Below, piece by piece: positions 39,119 through 48,556 of a DNA stretch of 64,000 bases; position 1 is the first letter of the stretch; the number at the start of each line of letters is the position of its first letter. This stretch comes from Candidatus Tidjanibacter gallistercoris. Lineage in GTDB: Bacteria > Bacteroidota > Bacteroidia > Bacteroidales > Rikenellaceae. The notes under the pieces are model-generated. The model was not told the DNA's origin. It searched no databases and worked only from the letters and a program-made list of their open reading frames with translations. Location: NCBI GenBank assembly GCA_019114205.1, contig DXFY01000075.1, positions 15,297-79,296 of the forward strand. The letters are read 5' to 3'. A program made the position numbers and the translations under genes.

Positions 39119-39155
39119 ACGTCCCCTTCGCGGGACACACGACCGCAAAAAAGAA

Positions 39156-40787
39156 ATGGAAAAGAACTCGAAGCGCAGCGTACGCACCCCCGTGCTCCTG
39201 TCGGCGGCCCTCGTGCTGGGCGTCCTCATCGGCCTCTTCGCCGGGCGCAACAGCGTGGACCGAATGCTGCGCAGTCTGGCGGGCGACTCCGATGCCCCCG
39301 GAGGAAAGCTCGACTACGCCCTCTCGCTGATAGACCGTTACTATGTGGACCCGGTGAGCACCGATTCGCTCGTCGAAGCCCTCCTGCCCGACCTCATGTG
39401 GTATCTCGACCCCCACTCGGTCTATATCCCCGCCGCGGAGCTGGCCGAAATCAACATGCCCCTGGAAGGAGAGTTCGACGGAATAGGTGTTACCTTCAAC
39501 ATGTCCACCGACACGGTGGTGGTGCTCAACGTCATCCCGCAGGGTCCGAGCCAGAAGGCCGGCGTACAAAACGGCGACCGGATAATCCGCATCGACGACT
39601 CGCTCGTGGCGGGACGTAAGCTCCCGATGGACGACGTGATGCGGATGCTGCGCGGGCCGCGGGGGACGGAGGTAGACGTGCAGATACAGCGCAAAGGCAT
39701 CGGGGAACTCATCCCCATCACCATCGTTCGCGACAAAATACCCGTCAAAAGCGTGGACGCCGCCTACATGCTCACCTCCGACGTAGGCTTCGTGCGCATC
39801 ACCACCTTCTCGCAGCACACACACGAAGAGATGCTGCGCGCACTCGCCGGGCTGCATGCGCAGGGGATGCGGAAGCTGATTATCGACCTGCGGGGCAACA
39901 CGGGCGGTTACATGGGCCAGCCGATTCTCATGGCGAACGAATTTCTGCCCGAAGGCAGGCTCATCGTCTATACCGAAGACCGTGACGGCGAACAGGTTCG
40001 GGAGTACAGCGACGGAAAGGGAACCTACCGGGATGTGGAACTCGCCGTGCTCATCGACGAGAACAGCGCCTCTTCGAGCGAAATCTTCGCCGGAGCGCTG
40101 CAGGACAACGACCGGGCGACCATCATAGGACGCCGCTCCTACGGCAAGGGGTTGGTGCAGCAGCAAATCCCGTTCGCGGACGGTTCGGCCATCCGGCTGA
40201 CCACGGCCCGTTACTATACGCCCACGGGCCGTTCCATCCAGAAGCCCTATACCGCGGCGGACAGCGACTACGGAGCCGACATCTACAACCGCTACATGCA
40301 CCACGAACTTTTCTCGGCCGACAGCATCCATTTCGACGACAGCCTGAAATTCGTGACGCCCGGCGGCAAGACGGTGTACGGCGGCGGAGGCATCATGCCC
40401 GACCTTTTCGTCCCGCTCGATACGACGGAGATGACGCACTACTACATGGAGGTGGCCGGACGGAACATCCTCTACCGCTACACCATGGAGTATGCCGACC
40501 GTTACCGAGAGAAGATAAACGGGGCGACGACCGTCGCCCGGCTCGACTCGCTGCTCGACGCCGACACGGACCTGCTCGACGATTTCGTCCGTTACGCCGG
40601 CCGACAGGGCGTGGCTCCCGCCCCCTCCCAGATACGACGTTCCGAACGGCTCCTCCGGGCGCTGCTGCGCGCCTACATAGGACGCAACACGCCGCTCGAA
40701 GAAACCGGCTTCTACTCCAACTACTACGTCGTGGACGACCCCGTACTGAAAGCGCTCGAAGTGTTCGGAGAACCGTACCGGGAATAA
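39156..40787 (+). CDS. S41 family C-terminal processing peptidase (CtpA/Prc-like, PDZ)
   Basis: LDPHSVY, F.GIG, LRGPRGT.V, IDLRGNTGG, SASSSEIFAGALQD, GRRSYGKG.VQ and TTARYYTP.G. Confidence 0.93.
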   Translation: MEKNSKRSVRTPVLLSAALVLGVLIGLFAGRNSVDRMLRSLAGDSDAPGGKLDYALSLIDRYYVDPVSTDSLVEALLPDLMWYLDPHSVYIPAAELAEINMPLEGEFDGIGVTFNMSTDTVVVLNVIPQGPSQKAGVQNGDRIIRIDDSLVAGRKLPMDDVMRMLRGPRGTEVDVQIQRKGIGELIPITIVRDKIPVKSVDAAYMLTSDVGFVRITTFSQHTHEEMLRALAGLHAQGMRKLIIDLRGNTGGYMGQPILMANEFLPEGRLIVYTEDRDGEQVREYSDGKGTYRDVELAVLIDENSASSSEIFAGALQDNDRATIIGRRSYGKGLVQQQIPFADGSAIRLTTARYYTPTGRSIQKPYTAADSDYGADIYNRYMHHELFSADSIHFDDSLKFVTPGGKTVYGGGGIMPDLFVPLDTTEMTHYYMEVAGRNILYRYTMEYADRYREKINGATTVARLDSLLDADTDLLDDFVRYAGRQGVAPAPSQIRRSERLLRALLRAYIGRNTPLEETGFYSNYYVVDDPVLKALEVFGEPYRE

Positions 40788-40799
40788 GCGCCGGCAATA

Positions 40800-40835
40800 C
40801 GACATGGGGGAGGATACGCATCCTCCCCCATGTCG
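40800..40835. repeat. 36-bp perfect inverted repeat (16-bp arms) between convergent S41 peptidase and gpmA
   Basis: cgacatgggggaggat-acgc-atcctcccccatgtcg. Confidence 0.9.
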
Positions 40836-40860
40836 GTACGACGGTGTCGCGGTCGGCGCG

Positions 40861-41601
40861 TCATCCCGCCTGTCCGGCCACCCGCTCCATCATCCGCCGG
40901 ATTTCCTCCGAATCGCCGAGAAAATAGTCGCAGCGCAGGCGCAGGCCGTCGTCGAATTCGAATACGTAAGGAATCCCCGTGGGCAGGTTGAGGCTCACGA
41001 TATCTTCGTCCGATATGCCTTTCAGCAGCTTCACTATTGCCCGGAGCGAATTGCCGTGGGCGACCACGAGCACCTGGTCGTAACGGTCGAGCGCGGCGAG
41101 AATGCAGTGCTCCCAATAGGGCGTTACCCGCTCCACGGTATCTTCCAGCGACTCGGTACGCGGCAGCATCCCTTCGGGAACGTCGTTGTAGCGCACGTCG
41201 AAACGCGGGTTGCGGGGGTCGTTGTCGGACAGCGGGTCGGGAGCGACATCGTAACTGCGGCGCCACAGGAAAACCTGTTCGCTGCCGTACTTGCGGGCGG
41301 TTTCCTTTTTGTTGAGCCCCTGGAGGATACCGTAATGCTTCTCGTTGAGGTGCCAACTCTTCTCGACGGGTATCCAGTCCAGGTCCATTTCGTCGAGCGC
41401 ATAATTGAGCGTCTTGACGGCACGTTTCAGGTAGGACGTGAACGCCATCCCGAAGCTGAGTTCCGCCTCGTTCATCATGCGTCCCGCATGCCGGGCCTCC
41501 TCCACCCCGTGTTCCGTAAGGTCCACATCCGTCCACCCCGTAAACCTGTTCTCCTTGTTCCAAACGCTCTCGCCGTGGCGGAGCAATACGATTCTTTTCA
41601 T
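40861..41601 (-). CDS. gpmA: 2,3-bisphosphoglycerate-dependent phosphoglycerate mutase
   Basis: [35 protein letters not shown] and AHGNSLR. Confidence 0.97.
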   Translation of the reverse strand: MKRIVLLRHGESVWNKENRFTGWTDVDLTEHGVEEARHAGRMMNEAELSFGMAFTSYLKRAVKTLNYALDEMDLDWIPVEKSWHLNEKHYGILQGLNKKETARKYGSEQVFLWRRSYDVAPDPLSDNDPRNPRFDVRYNDVPEGMLPRTESLEDTVERVTPYWEHCILAALDRYDQVLVVAHGNSLRAIVKLLKGISDEDIVSLNLPTGIPYVFEFDDGLRLRCDYFLGDSEEIRRMMERVAGQAG

Positions 41602-41701
41602 GCTGCATGCCGACGGGATTGTCCCGTCCCGATACCGTCCTGCGCATCTTTAGTGCCATACGGCGGACATCGGTCGAAAAAAATGTTAATTTTGTTCCCC
41701 G

Positions 41702-42859
41702 ATGAGACAAAGGTTCGAACATACGCTGCGGACGGTACTGTGCGCCGCCGCAGTGCTCCTGTGCTGCTGCAGAGGCGGTACGCCGGTCAGACTCTCCGGC
41801 GAAGAGGCATACGCTCCGCGTCATGCCGAAGGGTACTCGATATACGCGACCGACGGCGCATCCACCGTCATCGAAATCCGCAATCCGTGGCAGGGAGCGG
41901 AAAACTTCACCACCCAACTGTTCGTATCGCGCGGGGGCGAGTTGCCTCCCGAAGGGTTCGAAGGCGCGACGGTCGAAGCTCCCGTCCGCAGGGCGGTATG
42001 CTTCTCCTCCACGCATGTGGCGTTTCTCGATGCACTGGATGCCACGGATGCCGTACAGGGCGTGTCGGGAGCGGAGTACATCTCCAATGAAAAAATACGG
42101 GAACGCCATGCGGCGGGAACGGTACGGGACGTCGGCTACGATACCAACGTCAATTACGAGCTCGTGGCCTCCATGCGGCCCGACATCGTCTTCATCTACG
42201 GCGTGGGAGGCGAGAACACCGCAGTGACCGACAAGTTCCGCGAACTGCACATTCCCTTCGTCTATATCGGAGAATACATGGAAACCACCCCGCTGGGCAA
42301 GGCCGAATGGCTCGTCCCCTTCGGCGAACTGACCGACCGGCGGGAAGAAGCCGAGGCCCTCTTCGCAGGCATCGAGGCACGGTACGACTCGCTGAAAATG
42401 CGGGCCGCCGCATTCGCCGGCCGTCCTTCGGTGATGCTCAACGCCCCCTACCGCGACGTATGGTTCGTTCCGGGCGACCGAAGCTACATGGTACGGCTCA
42501 TCGAAGATGCCGGCGGCAGCTACATTTTCGCCGGGGAGGAAAGCTCCGTCAGCCGCCCTATCAGCGGCGAGACGGCTTATCTGGCCGCGCGGCAGGCCGA
42601 CGTATGGCTGAATCCCAACCAGGCGACCGACATCGGAGAGCTCACTGCACAAAATCCCAAATTCACGGATATCCGTTGCGTGGAGCGGCGGCGCGTCTAT
42701 AACTGCACGCGCCGGCAGACTCCCGGCGGAGGCAGCGATTTCTGGGAATCGGGAGCGCTGCATGCCGACCGCGTACTGCGCGATATCATCCTCTGCCTGC
42801 ATCCCGAAGCGGCCGCAGCGGACGAAGAAGGGATGTACTATTACGAAAGGCTCGAATAG
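41702..42859 (+). CDS. ABC transporter substrate-binding lipoprotein (BtuF/iron-siderophore class)
   Basis: Lipobox-like LCC-C, SSTH, E.TPLGKAEW, I.DAGG.Y and DFWESG...D.VL.D. Confidence 0.85.
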   Translation: MRQRFEHTLRTVLCAAAVLLCCCRGGTPVRLSGEEAYAPRHAEGYSIYATDGASTVIEIRNPWQGAENFTTQLFVSRGGELPPEGFEGATVEAPVRRAVCFSSTHVAFLDALDATDAVQGVSGAEYISNEKIRERHAAGTVRDVGYDTNVNYELVASMRPDIVFIYGVGGENTAVTDKFRELHIPFVYIGEYMETTPLGKAEWLVPFGELTDRREEAEALFAGIEARYDSLKMRAAAFAGRPSVMLNAPYRDVWFVPGDRSYMVRLIEDAGGSYIFAGEESSVSRPISGETAYLAARQADVWLNPNQATDIGELTAQNPKFTDIRCVERRRVYNCTRRQTPGGGSDFWESGALHADRVLRDIILCLHPEAAAADEEGMYYYERLE

Positions 42860-42899
42860 TCCGTAAAGACCGGGGCAACCGGCAACCGCAGACCAAACG

Positions 42900-43928
42900 G
42901 TGCGAACATTGAAAAAAAGAACCGCCATACTGATGCCGGCCGTCACCGTACTGACGCTGCTGTTGCTGCTGGCCGACATGGCCGTCGGTTCCACGGCGAT
43001 TCCGCTGAAGGAACTCTGGCGCGGCCTGACGGGAAGCGGCACGGACGAGACCGTCCGGTACATCGTCCTCAATTTCCGCATCCCCAAAGCAGTCACCGCA
43101 CTGCTGTCCGGCGCTGCGCTGTCGGCCGTCGGACTGCAGATGCAGACCCTTTTCCGCAATCCGCTCGCCGGCCCGTACGTTCTGGGCGTCAGTTCGGGCG
43201 CGAGTCTCGGCGTGGCGCTTTTCACGCTGGGCCTGCCGCTGCTGGGCATTTCGGCCTCCTCGGTCTGGTGGGGCGGAATAGGCGCCGTGGGCGCGGCATG
43301 GGTCGGAGCAGCCGCCATCCTGCTCGTCATCATGGCCGTCACCGCACGCATCCGGGATATCATGGCCGTCCTCATCATGGGCATGATGTTCGGCAGCGCC
43401 GCAACCGCAATCGTCGAAATACTCCAGTACATGAGCCCCGAAGGTGCCGTGAAATCCTACGTAGTATGGACGATGGGCAGTCTCGGCGGCGTCCTGCTCT
43501 CCGAACTGCGGATACTCGTCCCGGTCGTGGCGGTCGGACTCGCCATATCGGCGGCGCTCATCAAACCGCTCAACATGCTGCTGCTGGGCGAGAATTACGC
43601 ACGTACCATGGGGCTGAATATCCGCGCCACGCGGCTGTGGATATGCACCTCGACCATCCTCCTGGCCGGCACGGTGACGGCCTTCTGCGGCCCCGTCAGC
43701 TTTCTGGGACTGGCCGTTCCGCACATCGTGCGCATGGCTTTCCGCGAAGCGGACCACCGGGTACTCATGCCCGCATCGATGGTCTGCGGCGGAGGCATCA
43801 TGCTGCTCTGCGACATGGTCTCGCAGCTGCCCCCTTCGGACATGACGCTGCCCATCAATACCGTCACGGCCTTCATCGGCATCCCCGTCGTCATCGCGGT
43901 CATCGTCCGCACGCGCAAAAACTCCTGA
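42900..43928 (+). CDS. FecCD/BtuC family ABC permease
   Basis: RIPKA.TA.L.G..L...GL.MQTLFRNPLAGPYVLGVSSGA, LLLGE.YA, GP.SFLGLAVPH and LPIN.VT; GTG start. Confidence 0.92.
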   Translation: MRTLKKRTAILMPAVTVLTLLLLLADMAVGSTAIPLKELWRGLTGSGTDETVRYIVLNFRIPKAVTALLSGAALSAVGLQMQTLFRNPLAGPYVLGVSSGASLGVALFTLGLPLLGISASSVWWGGIGAVGAAWVGAAAILLVIMAVTARIRDIMAVLIMGMMFGSAATAIVEILQYMSPEGAVKSYVVWTMGSLGGVLLSELRILVPVVAVGLAISAALIKPLNMLLLGENYARTMGLNIRATRLWICTSTILLAGTVTAFCGPVSFLGLAVPHIVRMAFREADHRVLMPASMVCGGGIMLLCDMVSQLPPSDMTLPINTVTAFIGIPVVIAVIVRTRKNS

Positions 43929-43930
43929 AC

Positions 43931-44716
43931 ATGACTCACGAACGCATCAATACGGTACAGCTCCACGGGCTGACGCTCGGTTACGGCGACAGGGTACTGT
44001 TCGCCCGTGCCGACATCGGCTTCGGCTGGGGGGAGTTCACGGCGCTCATCGGCCGCAACGGTACGGGCAAGAGCACCCTGCTGCGTACCATCGCCGCTCT
44101 GTCGCGCCCCATAGAAGGATACATAACGGTGAACGGTCGCCGGACGGACTCCATGTCGCGGCGCGACATCGCCTCCGCCATCGCCTTCGTTTCCACCGAA
44201 GAGGTGAAAGTCGAAAACCTGAAGGTGGCGGACGTGGTGGCGCTGGGCCGTGCACCCTACACCAACTGGGTGGGAACGCTGACTGCGACCGACCGGGAAA
44301 AGGTCGGCCGCGCACTCGCGCTGGTGGGCATGCAGGGGTTCGCCGGCAAGGGTATCGACACGCTCAGCGATGGGGAACGGCAACGGGTAATGATAGCCCG
44401 TGCCCTCGCACAGGATACCCCCATCATCCTGCTCGACGAACCGACGGCCTTCCTCGACCTGCCCAACAAATACGAAATCGGACTGCTGCTGCGCCGGCTC
44501 GCCCACGACGAGGGGAAGTGCATCGTCTTCTCCACGCACGACCTGGCCATCGCGCTCGAACTGTGCGACACGATAGCCCTCCTCGAAGGGGGACGGTTCT
44601 ATTACGGGACGACCGACATGCTGACCGGAAACGGCGACCTGGGACGGCTGTTCGAGGGGACGGCGCTCGCGTTCGACCCGGCGACCCGGAGCGTCCGCCT
44701 GCGCAAGCAACGCTGA
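43931..44716 (+). CDS. ABC transporter ATP-binding protein (BtuD/FepC class)
   Basis: GRNGTGKS, LSDGERQR and LLDEPTAFLD; start placed at MTHER (43931). Confidence 0.92.
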   Translation: MTHERINTVQLHGLTLGYGDRVLFARADIGFGWGEFTALIGRNGTGKSTLLRTIAALSRPIEGYITVNGRRTDSMSRRDIASAIAFVSTEEVKVENLKVADVVALGRAPYTNWVGTLTATDREKVGRALALVGMQGFAGKGIDTLSDGERQRVMIARALAQDTPIILLDEPTAFLDLPNKYEIGLLLRRLAHDEGKCIVFSTHDLAIALELCDTIALLEGGRFYYGTTDMLTGNGDLGRLFEGTALAFDPATRSVRLRKQR

Positions 44717-44785
44717 CGGCAGCATACCGCAGTACCCGCAGATACGGCCCCGGCCGGGCCGTTTTCATATTTGCACCAAAATCGT

Positions 44786-44793
44786 TACATTTG
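44786..44793 (+). promoter_or_regulatory. -7 promoter element (TACATTTG) for ffh
   Basis: Exact TAnnTTTG about 33 nt upstream of the ATG. Confidence 0.65.
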
Positions 44794-44825
44794 CATCCTG
44801 CGAAACCAACAACACGGATAGAACG

Positions 44826-46145
44826 ATGTTCGAGAATCTGACCGACCGGCTCGAACGGTCTTTCAAGATACTGAAGGGCGAGGGACGCATTACCGAAATA
44901 AACGTCGCCGAAACGCTCAAGGAGATACGCCGCGCACTCATCGACGCCGACGTAAACTACAAGGTCGCCAAGACCTTCACCGACGAGGTAAAGCAAAAGG
45001 CCCTCGGCGCCAACGTGCTGACAGCCGTCAAACCGGGGCAGATGATGACCAAAATCGTCCGCGACGAACTGGCCCTGCTCATGGGCGGCACGGCTTCGGA
45101 CATCGACCTCGACGGCCGACCGGCAGTCATTCTCATCGCCGGCCTTCAGGGTTCCGGTAAGACCACCTTTTCCGGCAAGCTGGCCAACCTGCTCAAGACC
45201 AAACGGAACCGCAGCGTCCTCCTCGTTGCGGGCGACGTATACCGTCCGGCCGCCATCGAGCAGCTCAAGGTACTCGGCCAGCAGGTAGGCGTGGAGGTCT
45301 ATACCGAAGAGGGGAACAAAAACCCCGTGGAAATCGCCGAAAACGCCATCAAATACGCACGCGGCAAGAACATCAATACGGTCATCGTCGATACGGCCGG
45401 CCGCCTGGCGGTGGACGAAGCCATGATGGAGGAGATTGCCGCCGTCAAAAAGGCGGCGAAACCCTCCGAAACGCTCTTCGTGGTGGATGCCATGACTGGG
45501 CAGGATGCGGTGAACACCGCGAGGGAGTTCAACGACCGGCTCGACTACGACGGCGTGGTGCTCACCAAGCTCGACGGCGACACCCGCGGCGGTGCTGCCA
45601 TCTCCATCCGTTCGGTGGTGAACAAGCCGCTCAAATTCATCTCTTCGGGCGAGAAGATGGACGCCCTTCAGGTTTTCCATCCGGAACGCATGGCCGACCG
45701 CATCCTCGGCATGGGCGACATCGTGTCGTTCGTGGAACGCGCCCAGGAACAGTACGACGAGGAGGACGCCCGGCGGCTGAAAAAGAAAATCGTCAAGAAC
45801 CAGTTCGATTTCAACGACTTCCTCGACCAGATAGCCCAAATCAAGAAGATGGGCAACATGAAGGACCTGATGGGCATGATACCCGGCGTCGGCAAGGCCA
45901 TCAAGGACATCGAAATTTCCGACGACATGTTCAAGCAGACCGAGGCAATCATCCACTCGATGACGCCCGCCGAACGCAGCAATCCGGAAATCATCAACCC
46001 CAGCCGCAAAGAGCGCATCGCCAAAGGGAGCGGCACGACGCTCGCCGAAGTGAACAAACTGCTCAAACAGTTCGACCAGACGCGCAAGGTGATGAAATCG
46101 GTCGCCACGATGAAGCCGTCTCTGGGCAGGGGACGCAGAAGATAA
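44826..46145 (+). CDS. ffh: Signal recognition particle protein Ffh
   Basis: GLQGSGKTT, DTAGR, TKLDGD.RGGAA, and Met-rich M domain. Confidence 0.98.
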   Translation: MFENLTDRLERSFKILKGEGRITEINVAETLKEIRRALIDADVNYKVAKTFTDEVKQKALGANVLTAVKPGQMMTKIVRDELALLMGGTASDIDLDGRPAVILIAGLQGSGKTTFSGKLANLLKTKRNRSVLLVAGDVYRPAAIEQLKVLGQQVGVEVYTEEGNKNPVEIAENAIKYARGKNINTVIVDTAGRLAVDEAMMEEIAAVKKAAKPSETLFVVDAMTGQDAVNTAREFNDRLDYDGVVLTKLDGDTRGGAAISIRSVVNKPLKFISSGEKMDALQVFHPERMADRILGMGDIVSFVERAQEQYDEEDARRLKKKIVKNQFDFNDFLDQIAQIKKMGNMKDLMGMIPGVGKAIKDIEISDDMFKQTEAIIHSMTPAERSNPEIINPSRKERIAKGSGTTLAEVNKLLKQFDQTRKVMKSVATMKPSLGRGRRR

Positions 46146-46213
46146 CCCGACGGGCCGCACGCACCCGTCGCAGGACGACGCGGCTGTGTCCGACTATCCC
46201 GGAAATACTCTGC

Positions 46214-46249
46214 CGACACCGCTCCCGATACGATTCGGGAGCGGTGTCG
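46214..46249. repeat. 36-bp perfect inverted repeat (15-bp arms) downstream of ffh
   Basis: cgacaccgctcccga-tacgat-tcgggagcggtgtcg. Confidence 0.9.
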
Positions 46250-46815
46250 CATCATACCGTACCGCAGCACAAAAGGCTCTCTTCCGAACCGACACTACGG
46301 ACATGCCTGGCCGACCGTCGTCCGTCCCGACGGCTGCCATGTACCGGGCGGGTTCCTCCCTCCCCTGCCGCCGCGGTTCCCGATGCGGCGCACGACAGGG
46401 CCCGCAGAACAATGGCCCCCGTTCGCACCGCTCCACCGAACGCCCTCCCCGGTACGTGCCGGGAGATGTCCGTATTACGGGACATCGCCGAAAGATACGG
46501 AACATATCCGGTCGCTGCCGCAACGGTGTTTCCGAAAGAGCTGCGGGTAACACCATCCGGCCGGCAGCACCGAACCGCCGCGTCGCCGAACGACCGCCCC
46601 ACGACAGACCGAGGTTCCGCACCGCAGTACCGCCGACCGGGAAAACGGGACGAAAAAGGAACCCGCCGCACGCTCCGTCCCCGAAGCCACGCAGCCATGA
46701 AACGACGGCCCGGCCGCGTGATGACGTTTTCCGCCCTGCTCCGCCGGAATCCGCGATAATTCATTATTTTTGCAGTGAAGGGCAACGGCCCGCCGAAACG
46801 AAAACCGCAAACCGG

Positions 46816-47166
46816 ATGGAACTGAAAAGAGCAGAAACCGTAATGGAATCGGACGATGACCTGGAAATCTGGTCTTCGCTCGAAATCGGATTCGACTACC
46901 GCGACGCGCTGATTGTCCGGCTGGACTTCGTGGATTACGACGACCACACCCGCGACAATGTGCTGTATGCCGTCGTCGATGCGGACGAGGTGCCAATCAT
47001 GGCCGACAGGCTGCACGTTCCGACCGCCGACCTGCCGAAAGCGATAGCGGAACGCTGCGCCGGCCACCCCGTCCCCGTTCCCCCATCGTATGTCCGGAGC
47101 GCATTCAAAGAGGTGCTCGATTGCATCATCGACTGCGGTGCCCGCTATCGCCTGCGCGAAGCATAA
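46816..47166 (+). CDS. Hypothetical protein (116 aa, acidic)
   Basis: MELKRAETVMESDDDLEIWSSLE...; coding-like codon usage, with TATTTTTG (a TAnnTTTG match) about 45 nt upstream. Confidence 0.7.
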   Translation: MELKRAETVMESDDDLEIWSSLEIGFDYRDALIVRLDFVDYDDHTRDNVLYAVVDADEVPIMADRLHVPTADLPKAIAERCAGHPVPVPPSYVRSAFKEVLDCIIDCGARYRLREA

Positions 47167-47216
47167 AACGCCGCCGCAGGACATCCCGCAGCCGCAGCCG
47201 CGAACCGCTACGCCGC

Positions 47217-47696
47217 ATGACCACCGAGACAGCACGACAGACAGTACCCGCCGAAGATAACGGCACCATCGTCCGGGCGACCGAAGACGACTATCCGGCG
47301 CTGGCCGCCCTCTGGGAGGCTTCGGTACGGGCCACGCACGCATTCCTCGCCGAGGACGACCTGCTGCGGATACGCGCGGCGCTCGCCACGGAATACCTTC
47401 CCGCCGTCGCATGCTACATCCGCCGCGCTGCCGGCTGCCCCGTCGCATTCGCAGGCATCGCGGACGGCAAACTCGAAATGCTCTTCGTACACCCCGATTG
47501 GTTCGGCAACGGCTTCGGCAGTGAGCTGCTCGATTTCGCCGTCCGCGAAAAGGGCGTCACGCAGGTAGATGTAAACGAAGAGAATGTTCGTGCCGAACGC
47601 TTCTACCGTACACACGGCTTCCGAACGGTCTCGCGCGACGAGACCGACAGCGAAGGTTTGCCCTACCCCATACTGCACATGACTCTGCGGCAGTAG
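47217..47696 (+). CDS. GNAT family N-acetyltransferase (YjaB-like)
   Basis: LWEASVRATHAFL, LEMLFVHPDW.G.G.GS.LL, VDVNE.N..A..FY...GF and YPILHM. Confidence 0.88.
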   Translation: MTTETARQTVPAEDNGTIVRATEDDYPALAALWEASVRATHAFLAEDDLLRIRAALATEYLPAVACYIRRAAGCPVAFAGIADGKLEMLFVHPDWFGNGFGSELLDFAVREKGVTQVDVNEENVRAERFYRTHGFRTVSRDETDSEGLPYPILHMTLRQ

Positions 47697-48015
47697 CCGC
47701 AGCCCCCGGCCGCACACCCTCTGCCCTCCGGCGGCCGGCAAAGAGTTCCCGCCGCACCCGAAAAAACCGGATTCCGTGCGCTCCGGCACATGGTACCGTT
47801 ACCGACACACCCATCCCAAAAGCCGCCCCTCCGGTCGCTCCGGCCCCGGACTGCAAGCCGCAAAAACCCGCTCCGCCGTATCAATCTCCCGAAAATTCAA
47901 TTACCGCCTTCCGGTCTCCTGGCCATGCAAAGAGGACAACCCCGGCAGTTAGTTCACTTGCTGCCAGCATGTTCCATACATGAATCCGCATAACACGACT
48001 GTTCCGTTCAAAAGG

Positions 48016-48082
48016 AAACTAAAAAATATAGTTTAAAAACTACATATATTAGTTGTTCGAGAAATGCTTTTAGTTATCTTTG
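48016..48082 (+). promoter_or_regulatory. Promoter of blaI-M56 with two tandem AACTA-N7-TAGTT palindromes (putative operator)
   Basis: AAACTA-aaaaata-TAGTTT at 48016-48034, AACTA-catatat-TAGTT at 48038-48054, a half-site TAGTT at 48071-48075, and TATCTTTG at 48075-48082. Confidence 0.65.
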
Positions 48083-48191
48083 TTCCATACGACCGGGAAC
48101 GCCCCGGCTGTCGGGTTTCGACCGCATAAATTCCGGGGACAGGTCATCCGCCGGACACCGCTCCCGGCAAACCGCAAAACGACGCACACCC

Positions 48192-48554
48192 ATGGAAAAA
48201 CTGACACGCAGAGAAGAAGAAATCATGACCCGTTTCTGGGAACGGGGCGCCCTGTTCGTCAAAGAGCTGCAAGAGCTTTATGCCGAACCGAAGCCCCATT
48301 TCAACACGCTCTCCACCATGGTACGGGGGCTCGAAGCCAAAGGGTTTCTCTCCCACCGCACCTACGGCAATACCTATCAATACTACCCGCTCGTCACCGA
48401 GGAACAGTTTCGCAGCGGTACGCTCCGGGGCGTCATCAGCAAATACTTTCACGACTCCTACTTGAATGCCGTATCGACCCTCGTCCGCGAGGAGAAAATT
48501 TCCGTGGAAGAACTGCGGGAGCTGATAGAAAAAATAGAAAAAGGAAAGGAATAG
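48192..48554 (+). CDS. BlaI/MecI/CopY family transcriptional repressor
   Basis: LTRREEEIM..FW, HFNTLSTMVR.LE.KG, YYPLV and YF..SY...VS.L. Confidence 0.93.
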   Translation: MEKLTRREEEIMTRFWERGALFVKELQELYAEPKPHFNTLSTMVRGLEAKGFLSHRTYGNTYQYYPLVTEEQFRSGTLRGVISKYFHDSYLNAVSTLVREEKISVEELRELIEKIEKGKE

Positions 48555-48556
48555 CC

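Noticed and set aside
41602-41701. Cobalamin riboswitch upstream of the ABC operon
   Set aside because: Spacer is only 100 bp, is shared with the gpmA promoter, and has no B12-box.
46146-46815. SRP (4.5S) RNA next to ffh
   Set aside because: The conserved CAGG...GGAA...AGCAG helix-8 motif was not found on either strand.
46816-47696. GNAT toxin-antitoxin module
   Set aside because: The GNAT has YjaB-type motifs rather than TacT/AtaT ones, and the upstream protein is not a ribbon-helix-helix/DUF1778 antitoxin.
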